Assembly (NCBI GenBank): GCA_022711115.1
Contig: JAKLFP010000002.1
Location: forward strand, 143,674-207,673
Direction of reading: 5' to 3'
DNA from: Candidatus Omnitrophota bacterium
GTDB lineage: Bacteria > Omnitrophota > Omnitrophia > Omnitrophales > Aquincolibacteriaceae
Length of the DNA: 64,000 bases
The notes beneath the pieces are model-generated. The model worked only from the letters and a program-made list of their open reading frames with translations, had not been told where the DNA came from and did no database searches. Shown here in pieces: positions 40,253 through 49,800 of this stretch. Numbering within the stretch: the first letter of the stretch is position 1; each line of letters opens with the position of its first letter. Both the position numbers and the translations under genes were made by a program.

Positions 40253-41281
40253 TCAACCAAAGAAAACTTTTGCGAGTTCATACATATCCGCCGGAACGGT
40301 TTTGAGTTTTCCAACCGCAGACGAAAGAGCGACCGAGACGATATCTCGTCCGCAAAGACTTACCATTTGACCGAATTTACCGTCTTTCACGAGCTGAACA
40401 GCTTTGACGCCAAAACGTGTCCCGAGAACACGATCAAAGGCAGTTGGCGAACCGCCGCGCTGGATATGGCCAAGCACCGTCGCCCGAGTTTCGAATCCTG
40501 TTTCTTTCTCGATCAATTTTGCCAGGCGTTCCCCGACACCGCCTAGATGAACATGGCCGAAAGCATCAAGTGTTTTCCCTGTCGTCACTATCTTTTCACC
40601 CTTGATAATGAATCCTTCCGCGACCGCAATGACACTGAAATTCTTCCCGCGCGCATGGCGCTCTTCAATGTAACCGCAAATATCCTTTACGGTCATCGGT
40701 ACCTCGGGAATCAGCACCACATCAGCACCGCCGGCAATGCCTGCTTCAAGCGTGATCCATCCCGCATGACGCCCCATGATCTCCACCACCATAATGCGGT
40801 CATGTGAGTCTGCGGTGGTATGGAGGCGATCAATACATTCCATCGCAATATTCAGGGCTGTGTCATAGCCAAAAGTGTAATCCGTCGCATTGAGATCGTT
40901 ATCGATCGTTTTGGGGACACCAATCACCGGAATCCCATCTTTATAAAGCTTGTTCGCGGCACCAAGCGTGTCTTCCCCTCCGATGGCAATCAAGGCATCC
41001 AGCTTATTCAACTTCATCGTGCGCCGAATCTTTGCCACATCCCCGTCCTTCTTGTAGGGATTCGTCCGCGAAGTCCCGATGATCGTTCCTCCACGTTGCA
41101 AAATCCCCGAGGTGGAGTTGAGATCCAACTCAACGAATTCATTCTGGATAATACCCCTCCAGCCGCGCCGAAATCCGATCACGGCCCAGTTTTCCATTCT
41201 GGCTGTTCGCACAATTGCGCGAATCACTGGATTAAGCCCTGGACAATCACCACCCCCTGTAAGAACACCAATGCGCTTCAT
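40253..41281 (-). CDS. 6-phosphofructokinase, probably pyrophosphate-dependent (Pfp-type)
   Basis: MKRIGVLTGGGDCPGLN and MGRHAG. The residues aligned to E. coli Gly104/Gly124 are Asp (GGEDT) and Lys (PKTIDND), the signature usually linked to PPi rather than ATP use. Confidence 0.85.
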   Translation of the reverse strand: MKRIGVLTGGGDCPGLNPVIRAIVRTARMENWAVIGFRRGWRGIIQNEFVELDLNSTSGILQRGGTIIGTSRTNPYKKDGDVAKIRRTMKLNKLDALIAIGGEDTLGAANKLYKDGIPVIGVPKTIDNDLNATDYTFGYDTALNIAMECIDRLHTTADSHDRIMVVEIMGRHAGWITLEAGIAGGADVVLIPEVPMTVKDICGYIEERHARGKNFSVIAVAEGFIIKGEKIVTTGKTLDAFGHVHLGGVGERLAKLIEKETGFETRATVLGHIQRGGSPTAFDRVLGTRFGVKAVQLVKDGKFGQMVSLCGRDIVSVALSSAVGKLKTVPADMYELAKVFFG

Positions 41282-41376
41282 GGTTGACTCCTTATAACGT
41301 TAATTTTTGCCCTAGTGAGAAACCTTCGACTTCCGAGCATTCTCTATGGCGTTGTTTGAAATAAAATGTTAAATGA

Positions 41377-41940
41377 TTACTGTTCTGTTTCACTATCCAA
41401 ACCGTTCGAGCCGGCATCATCAATCCCCCGAACATCACAAGTCACCGCAAGAATCGAATCCGGCCCGAGTAATCGCTTTTCCCGATTCAGAACCTCTTGT
41501 TGCACCTCCGCTAAAAAAGTAGAAACATTAGCTCCCGACCAAAGCACCAGGCGCAACCGTATTTCTACATTCTTGCCTGACAAGATCACTTTGACCTTGC
41601 AGTTTTTGACAAGGGAAAACCGTTTGATCGCCTTAATCGCCGTGTTTTCAATCGTTTTTGACGAGACAACCACCGGGCCCGATTCACCCTGGAAAATAAT
41701 AGCCTCGTTGGGCCTTCCTTCCTTAACCAGCATCTTGGCAAACATGAGTCCGAGAATGATAAAAACCATTCCGACAACACCGGATTGCACCGACCGCACA
41801 GGATTCTGATAAATTTCCTGGACTTTTAAAATGGCATCATCAAATGAAAGCAGGTGAAGCGACACAATCAAAAGCAAACTGCCCAAGGTCAAAAAAGAAA
41901 AAACGGAAAAAAGAAAGGCAAAGGCATTCGCAACTTTCAT
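41377..41940 (-). CDS. Membrane-anchored Asp23/AmaP-like protein (alkaline-shock family anchor)
   Basis: Two N-terminal TM helices followed by an Asp23-like soluble region. Weak similarity only. Its start overlaps the accC stop (ATGA). Confidence 0.35.
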   Translation of the reverse strand: MKVANAFAFLFSVFSFLTLGSLLLIVSLHLLSFDDAILKVQEIYQNPVRSVQSGVVGMVFIILGLMFAKMLVKEGRPNEAIIFQGESGPVVVSSKTIENTAIKAIKRFSLVKNCKVKVILSGKNVEIRLRLVLWSGANVSTFLAEVQQEVLNREKRLLGPDSILAVTCDVRGIDDAGSNGLDSETEQ

Positions 41941-43322
41941 TTCTTCCCCTTTTCCTCAGTAGAAGTTTCTGACTTGCCGGCACCAAAAATAACATTCTCG
42001 ATGAACTTGGTATTGACCCCGCTTTGACGGAACCTTGGATTGCTCAGGATTTTTTCATGAAGAGAAATCGTGCTCTTGATCGGCGCGATTTTCATTTCAC
42101 GAAGCGCCCTCAGCATGACCGCAAGGGTCTCCTGACGGTTCGCTCCATGTGCAATGATTTTGGCAAGCATGGAATCATAAAACGGCGGCATGCTATAGCC
42201 TGGATACCCGTGGCTGTCAATGCGGATGCGCGGTCCGCCAGGCATCTGCCAAACATCGATTTTCCCGGGCGACGGCATAAAATTATTGTCGGGATCTTCC
42301 GCATTGATGCGACATTCAATGGCATGTCCGTGAAACTTTACATCCACCTGAGAAAAGCTTAGTTTTTCACCTGCCGCAATTCGCAGCTGTTCTTTCACAA
42401 GATCCAATCCCGTTACCATCTCCGTCACCGGATGTTCCACTTGAAGCCGCGTGTTCATTTCCATGAAATAAAACTCTTCATCATGATCCAGCAAGAATTC
42501 GATCGTCCCGGCGTTCTCATATTTGAATGCCTTCGCGGCCCGGATAGCCGCCTCCCCGATTTTACGCCTTATCTTGGCGCTCAGACCAGGCGCCGGAGAT
42601 TCCTCAATCAATTTCTGATGGCGCCGCTGCACCGAACAATCACGCTCCCCGAGATGCACCACATTCCCAAAGCTGTCCGCGATGATCTGCACTTCGATAT
42701 GTCGCGGTTCCTCGATGCACTTTTCGATATAAACTTCCCGGTTCCCGAACGCCGCTTCGGCTTCGGTCTGAGCGGTCAAAAACGCACTAATAAGTTTCCC
42801 GTCATTGTGAGCGATCTTGATTCCCTTCCCGCCGCCGCCCGCGGATGCCTTGATAATCACAGGGTAGCCTAATTTTTTGGCAATACGCAAAGCCTCTTCC
42901 TGATCCTTGACCGTTCCCTTGCTCCCGGGAATGATCGGAACACCGACTTTTTTCATTTCGTCTCTGGCCACAGCTTTATCGCCGGCCAAACGGATGCTCT
43001 CCGGTTTGGGGCCAATGAATTTAATCTGGCAGGATTCGCAAATTTCCGCAAAATGAGGATTTTCCGCAAGAAACCCGTAACCCGGATGGATCGCTTCCAC
43101 ATCCGCGATTTCTGCCGCGGAAATAAGCGCGGGAATATTCAAATAACTTTCGCTGCTCGGCGCTTCCCCGATGCAAATGGCCTCATCGGCCAGTGTGACG
43201 TGCAAGGATTCACGATCCGCTTTGGAGAAAACCGCCACGGTCTTGACGCCGAGTTCCCGGCATGCGCGAATGATACGAATGGCAATTTCGCCACGATTTG
43301 CTATTAGGATTTTTGAGAACAT
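41937..43322 (-). CDS. accC: Acetyl-CoA carboxylase biotin carboxylase subunit
   Basis: [21 protein letters not shown]..., the ATP-grasp blocks, and [14 protein letters not shown]. 461 aa. Confidence 0.95.
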   Translation of the reverse strand: MFSKILIANRGEIAIRIIRACRELGVKTVAVFSKADRESLHVTLADEAICIGEAPSSESYLNIPALISAAEIADVEAIHPGYGFLAENPHFAEICESCQIKFIGPKPESIRLAGDKAVARDEMKKVGVPIIPGSKGTVKDQEEALRIAKKLGYPVIIKASAGGGGKGIKIAHNDGKLISAFLTAQTEAEAAFGNREVYIEKCIEEPRHIEVQIIADSFGNVVHLGERDCSVQRRHQKLIEESPAPGLSAKIRRKIGEAAIRAAKAFKYENAGTIEFLLDHDEEFYFMEMNTRLQVEHPVTEMVTGLDLVKEQLRIAAGEKLSFSQVDVKFHGHAIECRINAEDPDNNFMPSPGKIDVWQMPGGPRIRIDSHGYPGYSMPPFYDSMLAKIIAHGANRQETLAVMLRALREMKIAPIKSTISLHEKILSNPRFRQSGVNTKFIENVIFGAGKSETSTEEKGKK

Positions 43323-43368
43323 AAAATTTTTCCAGTCTGAGTCGTTAAAGTAATCGCAGGTTAAAGGA

Positions 43369-43854
43369 TCAAGCTTTTTTAATCTTCAGGATCGGCTGAT
43401 CATATTCCACGGTTTGACCGTTTTGTACCAGAATCTCCGTCACGGTGCCGCCGCCTTCGGCCTTGATCTCGTTCATCAGCTTCATGGCTTCAATGATGCA
43501 CAGAACATCTCCGTCCTTGACCACCTTCCCGACCGAAACATACGCGGGTTGATCTGGTGCCGGCGCCGCATAAAATGTCCCGACCATCGGCGAACGCACG
43601 ATGGTCACACCGTCTTCAACCGCCGACGGAACTGCCGCCGCAGCACTCGAAACAGAAGCAATCTGGGCGGGCGCCGCCACCACCGTCTGGATGGGAGGCA
43701 TCATCGCAGTCATTGGCTGTCCATGTTCCATCATGATCTTCCCGTTCGGCATCTTCCGAAGCTTGATCTTCATGTTGTCTTTCTCGATCTCAATCTCAGA
43801 GACATTATGATCGGCCATCAATTCTAGAAGTTCTTTGATCTCTTTAATGTTCAT
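43369..43854 (-). CDS. accB: Biotin carboxyl carrier protein
   Basis: Ala/Pro-rich linker and a C-terminal biotinyl domain with the biotinylation motif EAMKLMNEI. Its start overlaps the aroQ stop (ATGA). Confidence 0.9.
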   Translation of the reverse strand: MNIKEIKELLELMADHNVSEIEIEKDNMKIKLRKMPNGKIMMEHGQPMTAMMPPIQTVVAAPAQIASVSSAAAAVPSAVEDGVTIVRSPMVGTFYAAPAPDQPAYVSVGKVVKDGDVLCIIEAMKLMNEIKAEGGGTVTEILVQNGQTVEYDQPILKIKKA

Positions 43855-44330
43855 TTGGCTTTCCTCTTGGAGTGGACTTTTTTAATAGGTTTTTGTTGAG
43901 AGCAATAGGCCACAAGCCCCATCAGGCCCAGATTATAGCTATCCTTCCCGAACCCCGTCACCTGGGCAACACATGCCGGAGCGGTCATGGAATGCTGACG
44001 AAAATCTTCACGCTTGTAGATATGGCTGAGATGAACCTCGACGGCGGGCAGTCCCGAAGCCGATAAGGCATCCCGGATGGCAACGCTGGTATGCGTATAA
44101 GCTGCCGGATTGATAAGAATCCCGTTAAAAAGCCTCTTAGCACTTCCAATCCGGTCGACAATTTCCCCTTCATGGTTGCTCTGGGTGATTTGCAGTGAAA
44201 CGCCGAGTTTCTGCGCCTCTTTTTGAAGGCCTTCATTGATTTGACGAAGTGTTACCTGCCCATAGACCGAAACTTCGCGTTCGCCTAGAAGCTGCAGATT
44301 CGGCCCATGAATCACGAGTATCTTTAGCAT
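43851..44330 (-). CDS. aroQ: 3-dehydroquinate dehydratase, type II
   Basis: [16 protein letters not shown]...[16 protein letters not shown] are the type II DHQase signature residues. It sits in the conserved aroQ-accB-accC arrangement. Confidence 0.9.
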   Translation of the reverse strand: MLKILVIHGPNLQLLGEREVSVYGQVTLRQINEGLQKEAQKLGVSLQITQSNHEGEIVDRIGSAKRLFNGILINPAAYTHTSVAIRDALSASGLPAVEVHLSHIYKREDFRQHSMTAPACVAQVTGFGKDSYNLGLMGLVAYCSQQKPIKKVHSKRKAK

Positions 44331-44400
44331 AAAAAAATTCCCCTTTTAAAAATGAGTCTTGCTGATCCCCAAAACGGCTTCTTGTAAGCTTTTCCTTCTG

Positions 44401-45375
44401 TTATCGCATTATTTCCGCTTGCACATCACTTTTTTTCAAACCACCGCGGAATGCATAAACGATACCCGCGCCAAAGCTGAAAGAATAAGTCAAAATATCC
44501 ATCAAAACCGTCAAGGCCAATGCCCGTTCCGGGGGTAGGTAACGGCTAAAAAGATAAATCACGCTAGCTTCGCGGACACCGAGTCCGCCGATCGAAGGTG
44601 CCATACTAACGATGCCGATGACAGGTATCAAGATAAAAAATTTCCAATAGACAATATTCGCGCCAAGGCTCACAGCCAACCAATAGTTGGTCGTGATAAA
44701 AACAGCCTGGCTGATGAAGGAGAGCAAGAGCGCCACAAAAACAGGCCAGTGGTGGTGGCGGTAACCGTAAATCGCATGATAAACCTCTGCCAATCGTGAC
44801 TTCCATTTTTCACTGGGGATGAGACGCCCCACCCCCTTGAACAGTCGGGCGAAATGCCGGCTGGCGAAAAAGGCCGTAAAAAAAAGCAAGAAGCCAAAAG
44901 CTCCATAAACGGCATAATCGACATAAGCACTTTCCACTTCCTTGCTGAAATACAAAAGCCCCAGGAACGCCATCACAATCAGAGCGATAAAACCGAGAAC
45001 ACGGTCCAAAAAAATCGAGGTTGCGGATTCGATCTTTTTTCCCGAATGTTTATAGGCATAGTAAGCCTTGGCGACATCTCCGCCGACCGCTGAAGGAAGG
45101 AAAAGGTTATAAAAAAGCCCGACAAACCCGAGATAATAGCAGGATAGAAAAGTGATGTGGATTTCCTGAACCCGGAAAACCCATTGAAGCCGTATCGCAA
45201 TAAGAGCAAGGCCAATCGCATAGCCAACCGCCGCTGCCGCAACCCATCCCCACTGTACCTCATGGCGAAGAATCGCCATGGCGTCATGGAGCTTGTCTCT
45301 CATAAAAAAAACAATGATCCCGATCGCGGCAAAACTGATAAAAAAACGGATGATCTTTCCCTTGATACCGTTCAT
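44401..45375 (-). CDS. Polytopic membrane protein of the UPF0104/LPG-synthase-TM (flippase-like) family
   Basis: About 8 TM helices with a lysylphosphatidylglycerol-synthase-TM-like topology. Weak motif support. Its start overlaps the DUF1844 stop (ATGA). Confidence 0.45.
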   Translation of the reverse strand: MNGIKGKIIRFFISFAAIGIIVFFMRDKLHDAMAILRHEVQWGWVAAAAVGYAIGLALIAIRLQWVFRVQEIHITFLSCYYLGFVGLFYNLFLPSAVGGDVAKAYYAYKHSGKKIESATSIFLDRVLGFIALIVMAFLGLLYFSKEVESAYVDYAVYGAFGFLLFFTAFFASRHFARLFKGVGRLIPSEKWKSRLAEVYHAIYGYRHHHWPVFVALLLSFISQAVFITTNYWLAVSLGANIVYWKFFILIPVIGIVSMAPSIGGLGVREASVIYLFSRYLPPERALALTVLMDILTYSFSFGAGIVYAFRGGLKKSDVQAEIMR

Positions 45376-45755
45376 GAATTCTGGGCGGCCTGGGCGAATT
45401 TGAATTGCAGCTGGGTCAGGAGAGCTTTGAGCATATCGGCTTCCTCCGCGCTTAAATTCCCCTTTGTTTTATCACGAAGCGCGATTAAAAGGTCGATGGA
45501 CTCCTTGGCGGATTCCAATTGGACCTCGCGTTCGTTCGTCATGGGATTGGGTATTTCCCCCAAATGCATGAGGGCTTGGTAGCCAAGAGATTGAATCAGA
45601 CTCAGGAAAGACTGGGAAGTTTCAGGTATTTTCTCCGCTTCCCTGGGCGCAGGCGCTTTTTCTTTGACGTTTTCCACCTGTTCCTTCCAGCTTTCATCGA
45701 CTTTCTTTTCGGAAAATCGGATATCTCTGTCCATTGTTATCCACTCCTGCTTCAA
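45372..45755 (-). CDS. DUF1844-like small acidic protein. The track start at 45755 is TTG; the first ATG is at 45734
   Basis: The central block FLSLIQSLGYQALMHLGEIPNPMT resembles the conserved DUF1844 core. Otherwise charged and low-complexity. Confidence 0.4.
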   Translation of the reverse strand: MKQEWITMDRDIRFSEKKVDESWKEQVENVKEKAPAPREAEKIPETSQSFLSLIQSLGYQALMHLGEIPNPMTNEREVQLESAKESIDLLIALRDKTKGNLSAEEADMLKALLTQLQFKFAQAAQNS

Positions 45756-45774
45756 AATTCCTGCTGCCAGTTAA

Positions 45775-45850
45775 AAAAAAGAGGTTCGTGACCGAGTGGG
45801 GATCTGGTGGCCACGAACCTCTGCAGGTGAGTCGAGACCCGTAAGTCTCG
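45775..45850. terminator. Two stem-loops: a 13-bp stem flanked by an A-run that reads as a U-run on the minus strand, plus a short cgagac/gtctcg hairpin. Probable terminator of the transposase transcript
   Basis: gaggttcgtgacc...ggccacgaacctc has 1 mismatch. On the minus strand it is followed by TTTTTTTT. Confidence 0.4.
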
Positions 45851-45900
45851 CAATGGTTAAACTATACTCCATAAATGGCATTTTGTCACGAAAAAAATAC

Positions 45901-46742
45901 CTAACCTACCCTGGCAAATCCGGGTATTGCCAGGGTTAGTCCACCAAGCAGCTTTTTATAATCTGAAGTTCTCTTTGCGTATCTTGATGCTCTGCCACAA
46001 ATTTCTCGTATGCCCTAGGGACTATTGAGAAGACATGGTCGAAATGGCATAAATCTTCGCCTTGGTTTTTCTGGATATATTCCCGATAAGATGAATACTC
46101 CCAGTCCGAAGGCGATGAAACTAGCCCTGCAGAACATGGATTTATATGAATGTAACGCGACAAATGCAACGCCTGAGCATCGTTGTTGACAAGAACATAT
46201 TGGAATCGCGATTCCCAAAGCGTACCTTTTCGGCGGATTTTGAGATTGAAATAGCGCGAGTAACTATGAAGTACAAGCCGCATAAAATCCGATATACCCC
46301 TTTGCGTAACCTGCGCCAAAAGCAAATGCAAATGAGTCGGCATAACGCAATAGGCAATAATTTCAATACGTTCATCACTTTGAGAATTTCTTTTATCATT
46401 TTTATCATCTAAAAGAGAAGGCCGTTGGGACTTGGAAAAAGAGGTCTTGGGATGGGCGCTTTTGTAAAACCGAAGCGTTTCAATCATCCTCAGGAATTCG
46501 TCAGGATAGCGAAATATTTCAAATCCCGCGATACTTCGAGCGAAGACGTGATAAAAACAACCCGTTACAAGCGGAACTTTCCGTTGGGGCATATTCGCGT
46601 TGTCAAAATACCTTTCTTGATTGTCAGTGGGGCTACCGACCCCTTGTCAAATCCTGGATTTGACAAAACTAAGAGTATCATAATATTGAATAAAAATCAA
46701 ATATAAATTGAAGAAAAAGCATGTCAAATCCCGGATTTGACA
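45901..46742. mobile_element. REPtron-like unit: the RAYT gene flanked by REP-like hairpins at 45901-45939 (cctggcaa...ttgccagg stem with an aatccgggta core), 46645-46665 (tgtcaaatcctggatttgaca) and 46722-46742 (tgtcaaatcccggatttgaca)
   Basis: Two perfect 21-nt palindromes differ by one base, and a third related hairpin overlaps the RAYT stop. The shared core is aaatcc(c/t)gg. Confidence 0.5.
45936..46592 (-). CDS. IS200/IS605-like HuH tyrosine (Y1) transposase of the REP-associated (RAYT) type
   Basis: HuH motif YCVMPTHLHLLL, catalytic-Tyr region LSRYIHINP. About 218 aa, with no second (TnpB) ORF. Flanked by REP-like palindromes. Confidence 0.8.
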   Translation of the reverse strand: MPQRKVPLVTGCFYHVFARSIAGFEIFRYPDEFLRMIETLRFYKSAHPKTSFSKSQRPSLLDDKNDKRNSQSDERIEIIAYCVMPTHLHLLLAQVTQRGISDFMRLVLHSYSRYFNLKIRRKGTLWESRFQYVLVNNDAQALHLSRYIHINPCSAGLVSSPSDWEYSSYREYIQKNQGEDLCHFDHVFSIVPRAYEKFVAEHQDTQRELQIIKSCLVD

Positions 46743-46777
46743 GGGTTTTCAAGGAGGAAGATAAAAACGGCAGAAAA

Positions 46778-46815
46778 AAAGAGGGGCAAGTCCCCTTCCT
46801 TGCCCCTCTTTTTGA
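46778..46815. terminator. Bidirectional rho-independent terminator immediately 3' of the giant gene
   Basis: aaaaaaa-agaggggcaag-tccccttc-cttgcccctct-ttttt is a perfect 11-bp GC-rich stem with an A-run and a T-run on either side. Confidence 0.6.
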
Positions 46816-46832
46816 TCCCCAAATTGTTTGGA

Positions 46833-49800
46833 TTACGCGGCTTTCGACGTCGCCTGGATCGTCAGGATATCGGACCAGAGCTTCGCCAAACCCGCTAATT
46901 TCATCTCATCGATGCCAAAGTACGCCTTCACCCGCTTCAGAACATCATCGCCAAGCTGACGGTTCAAAAGCGCCATGGCATCCATATTCTTGATCGATAC
47001 GTTCAGTTGTGCCGCCTTCATGGCCAAGAGACCTCTCAGACCCGCGTAGGCCTTGTTCCCTTTTTGGCTGTCAAACACCGTTCCGCTGAATTCCTTGTCT
47101 AGCATCTCCGGCATATCTTCGATCAAAAGAACCAGATGCTCTCCTCGATCCATCTCGGCAGTCAAGGCAGGATCCATCTTCCGAAGGTCACGGAAAACCT
47201 CACCCTCCGCCGTGCGGATCGCTTGGGCCGCTTGAAGCGTATTCGCAAAATTAATCGTCATACGGTTATCGATCAGCGAGCCTCGATAATCCGTCGTCTG
47301 CTGGATATTATCCCTGATATCCGCTTGGATTGCCAACTGCTCCGCTACCGAAACCTTATCGTTAACAACCAAAATACGGACAACCGCTCTGGGGTTCATT
47401 CCCAGCTGAAGTTTCAACTCATTCAGCCTCGCGGCATCGGGCAGTTCTTTCATCACGATCAGCACACCGCCAATATCGGTCGAAACAGAAATCACGGCAT
47501 TCGTCATGATCGACTTAGCAACCTCGGATTCGAGGAACTTGGTCCAATCCATTTCTCCGGTCTTGAGTGCGACCAATGTCGTCAAGGCAGTCACAACTTG
47601 TTCCACAGTCGGATTGCCAAAGGCAGGCACTACGATTTTCGCGACCACATCATTCAGAGTATCTGTTCCATACTTAAAAGGTTCACTTTCCAATTTTCTC
47701 AGGATTTCCGGTGCTAGCAGCCTCCTGACCTGATCAACCAATTCCTGGCGGACTTCGATCTCCAACTTGATCACCGGCAATTGAGGCCCCGCCTCCCTCA
47801 CCTCGGAGCGGGTCAATCGCCCCTTCAGTGCTAATTTAACAGCTTCGATAGTTCCAGGTCGCTGGCTCCGATCAGTTTCAGCTTTTAGGATACTATCTTC
47901 AAGAGCATTCATGCTGTTCGCAAAAAAGTCATTCCTCGTTTCCAACACGGCCATATGATGCAAGCTAGGGTATGATCCAGTCCTGATGGCAAAAGCGTCC
48001 AACCAATGCATGACATCTTCCTCACGAGTTTGGATCGTGTCAGCCGCAGCTATCGTTATTTCCCATGCGCTGACCACGCGATCAATGGTCTGCATTATGT
48101 TCGCAGATAATTTCCCCCTCACCTCGGAGCGGGCAGGACTGCGATATACAGTTTCTCCGCGCAATGTAATTTGCGCCGGTAACATTAAACCATCCGTTGT
48201 TTCTATCCGTAATTTGGAAAATTTTCCGCCAATATCTCGAAAGGGCACATGCCTGGCTTCGTCAAGATCAGTGACGAGTATACGCATCATTTTCCCTACC
48301 GATTTTCCTTTAGCATCAAGGGCCGTGACAAACATAACACTCCCTGCATTTAAACCATTTTGACGGATCGGATTAAGATTCAGTCGAACAAGATCTTTGG
48401 CATTGATCGGCTGATCTAGCCGCAGGGTGTATTCTCTTGCCTGCGTTGTTTTTCCATCCACGTGTCCAGTTATGATTTGGGTACCTAAGCCTATCACATG
48501 GAATTGACTCATTCTTACTTCGGAACGAGGCCCTCCTAAAAATCCTTCTGCCCCTCCTCCTCCGATGTCCGGCGTAAAGTCATATCGGCCTTGTTTCACA
48601 TTGATGGTTGCCGATTCAGGGCCTGTTAACGTAAATGAAAAGGTTCTCGCTTCGTGCACATTGATCCCCTGAACATTATTGATGTCAATCGTGTAATTCT
48701 GAGGCGTGTTCAAAACTCCAGTCAAATTAGCACGCCAGGTCTTCCCTTCGGCATCTTGAATCTCATAGCCGACAACGGGAGCGTTTGTACTCCCTAAGGA
48801 AAAGGTGATCCCATTGGGAAACTGCGTCGGGAGATCCACATTATTGGTGTAATTTGCAAAAACACCCCCAAAACTCGCCGTATTTTCTCCCACATAATTG
48901 AATGTGAATGTGTTCGTCTCCGTAACCTTGAGCTCCCCAACCACATTCGTACTGCTCACAAAATTACCCAACCCAACAAATGGCAATGGCGTGACGCTGG
49001 CAGTTTGATTCCCAGGCGGAACATCGGGAGCAAAATTCCAAGAACCCATGACTAGATCAGCGTTCTTAGGACCTTGCCCTTCAAAAACATAGACCATCTG
49101 ACGGACCTGCGTCGGATCAATCTTACGAGCCATTTGGTCCAAAGGCAGCGTGTATTTTTGCGAGCTGGGAGTAATACCGCTTAAAATGCCTGTCCAAGTA
49201 TTCGTATTGGCATCTTTAACCTCGACCTTCAAATGATCCAGATTGGGACTCGCAATCGAAAAGGTTAATCCGTTCGGATAAAGACTTTGAAAGTTAATAT
49301 TATTGGTATATTCAAACACCGTTCCCGCATAACCGGTAGCATTCGTGCTCGAGTAACTCATGCTCATGGTGTTTGTCCCGGTAATATTATTGAAAACCAC
49401 TTCACCTCCTGGCCCTGTGAAATTCATCGGATTAACTTGCGGCAGCGGTGTAATGGCAGCACCCTGATTGCCAGGAGGAATCGAGGGAACATAATCCCAA
49501 GATCCTAAAACAAGATCCGCGCTCTTGGGACCTTGCCCTTCAAAAACATAGACCACCTGCCTCACCTGAGTCGGATCAATCTTTTGTTGAAGGAGGTTGA
49601 GCGACAGCGTGTATTTTTGTAAACCCGGAGTGATGCCGCCAAGCATCCCTCTCCAAGTGTTGGTATTCGCATCTTTGACCTCCACTTTCAAGTGATTCAG
49701 ATTGGGGCTTGCGATCGAAAACGTCAGACCATTCGGATAAAGACTTTGAAAGTTAATGTTATTGGTATATTCAAACACAGTGCCCGCATATCCCGTAAAA

